Source: the human T2T-CHM13v2.0 reference genome, Homo sapiens. From it: a DNA stretch of 64,000 nucleotides. Position 1 is the first letter of the stretch, and every line of letters starts with the position of its first letter. The notes beneath the pieces are model-generated. The model was not told the origin of the DNA. It searched no databases and saw nothing but the letters and a program-made list of their open reading frames with translations. Where the stretch lies: assembly GCF_009914755.1 (NCBI RefSeq), contig NC_060937.1; one strand, 5' to 3'. The position numbers and the translations under genes were made by a program. This document shows positions 63,423-64,000 of this stretch, in pieces.

Positions 63423-64000
63423 TATTTCTCAGTTTTTACAGTCATTTTGCCTTCTTGGCACTGGCTTCTTTTGGGTTGAAATAAAGGCCACTCATTCAAC
63501 ATGATCCTATCAAAAGTATACACATTATGCCTTTTCCTTATGATCTCCCAGCTGTAGAAAGAAACATGTGGACTCTTTGTATAGTGAATGTTGCTAACAC
63601 TACACTCTAAATGCTCTTTCAGTGAGGCTGTGGTCACCTCTTTTGAGCTGTCTCTGAAGAAGAGTGACAGCACTGATACTAAACTGGATCTGTAGAAGTG
63701 TTATTTCCACTGGTGATTGCACAGGCAGTTTTGAACCTGCTTTTGGACAACAGAGGATAGGGAAGAGGCTTAGAGGCCTATTTGACATTATAGGGTATGA
63801 GCCTAAAACTCTGTTGGGCATTGCTGCTGCTGGGAATAATAGTTTCTGGTCATCAGAAGCCAGTGGGACACTGTGGTATTGGTATTCATCACCCACACAA
63901 AGAGCCTGTCACTTGTTAATACTCTGGATCTGGGCTGGGCAATTTCAGAGTTGTTCCTCCCTATCTCCTGTGACACAGAGCTACAAAACTCTCCATATTT

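Noticed and set aside
63425-64000. 98-aa minus-strand ORF in apparently unique sequence
   Set aside because: Non-ATG start, no recognisable homology and no clear exon boundaries; context cut off by the window edge.

Overview
AT-rich, CpG-poor primate (catarrhine, probably human) intronic or intergenic DNA dominated by interspersed repeats. I cannot recognise any host protein-coding gene, RNA gene or CpG island; the ORF track is mostly L1, Alu and MaLR remnants plus chance ORFs. Main components: two full-length but decayed L1s arranged head-to-head (L1PA13-15-like on the minus strand, ~6500-13190; L1PA7-like on the plus strand, ~42465-49483), a complete two-LTR MSTC-type MaLR element (60146-62549), solo THE1/MLT1/LTR16 LTRs, eight Alus, and many L2/MIR/MER fragments. 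All subfamily calls were made by eye from remembered consensus sequences and need RepeatMasker confirmation. The most unusual features are: (1) a ~617-bp non-L1 insert splitting ORF2 of the L1PA7, with a 33-bp internal direct repeat, a perfect hairpin at its right junction, no poly(A) and no clear TSD; (2) a minus-strand ATG-to-CAG|GTAAGC segment at 16806-16860 in a ~2-kb repeat-poor island, a candidate alternative first coding exon or 24-nt microexon; (3) an uninterrupted ORF0-like antisense frame in the L1PA7 5'UTR. I found no evidence strong enough to claim a new biological system.
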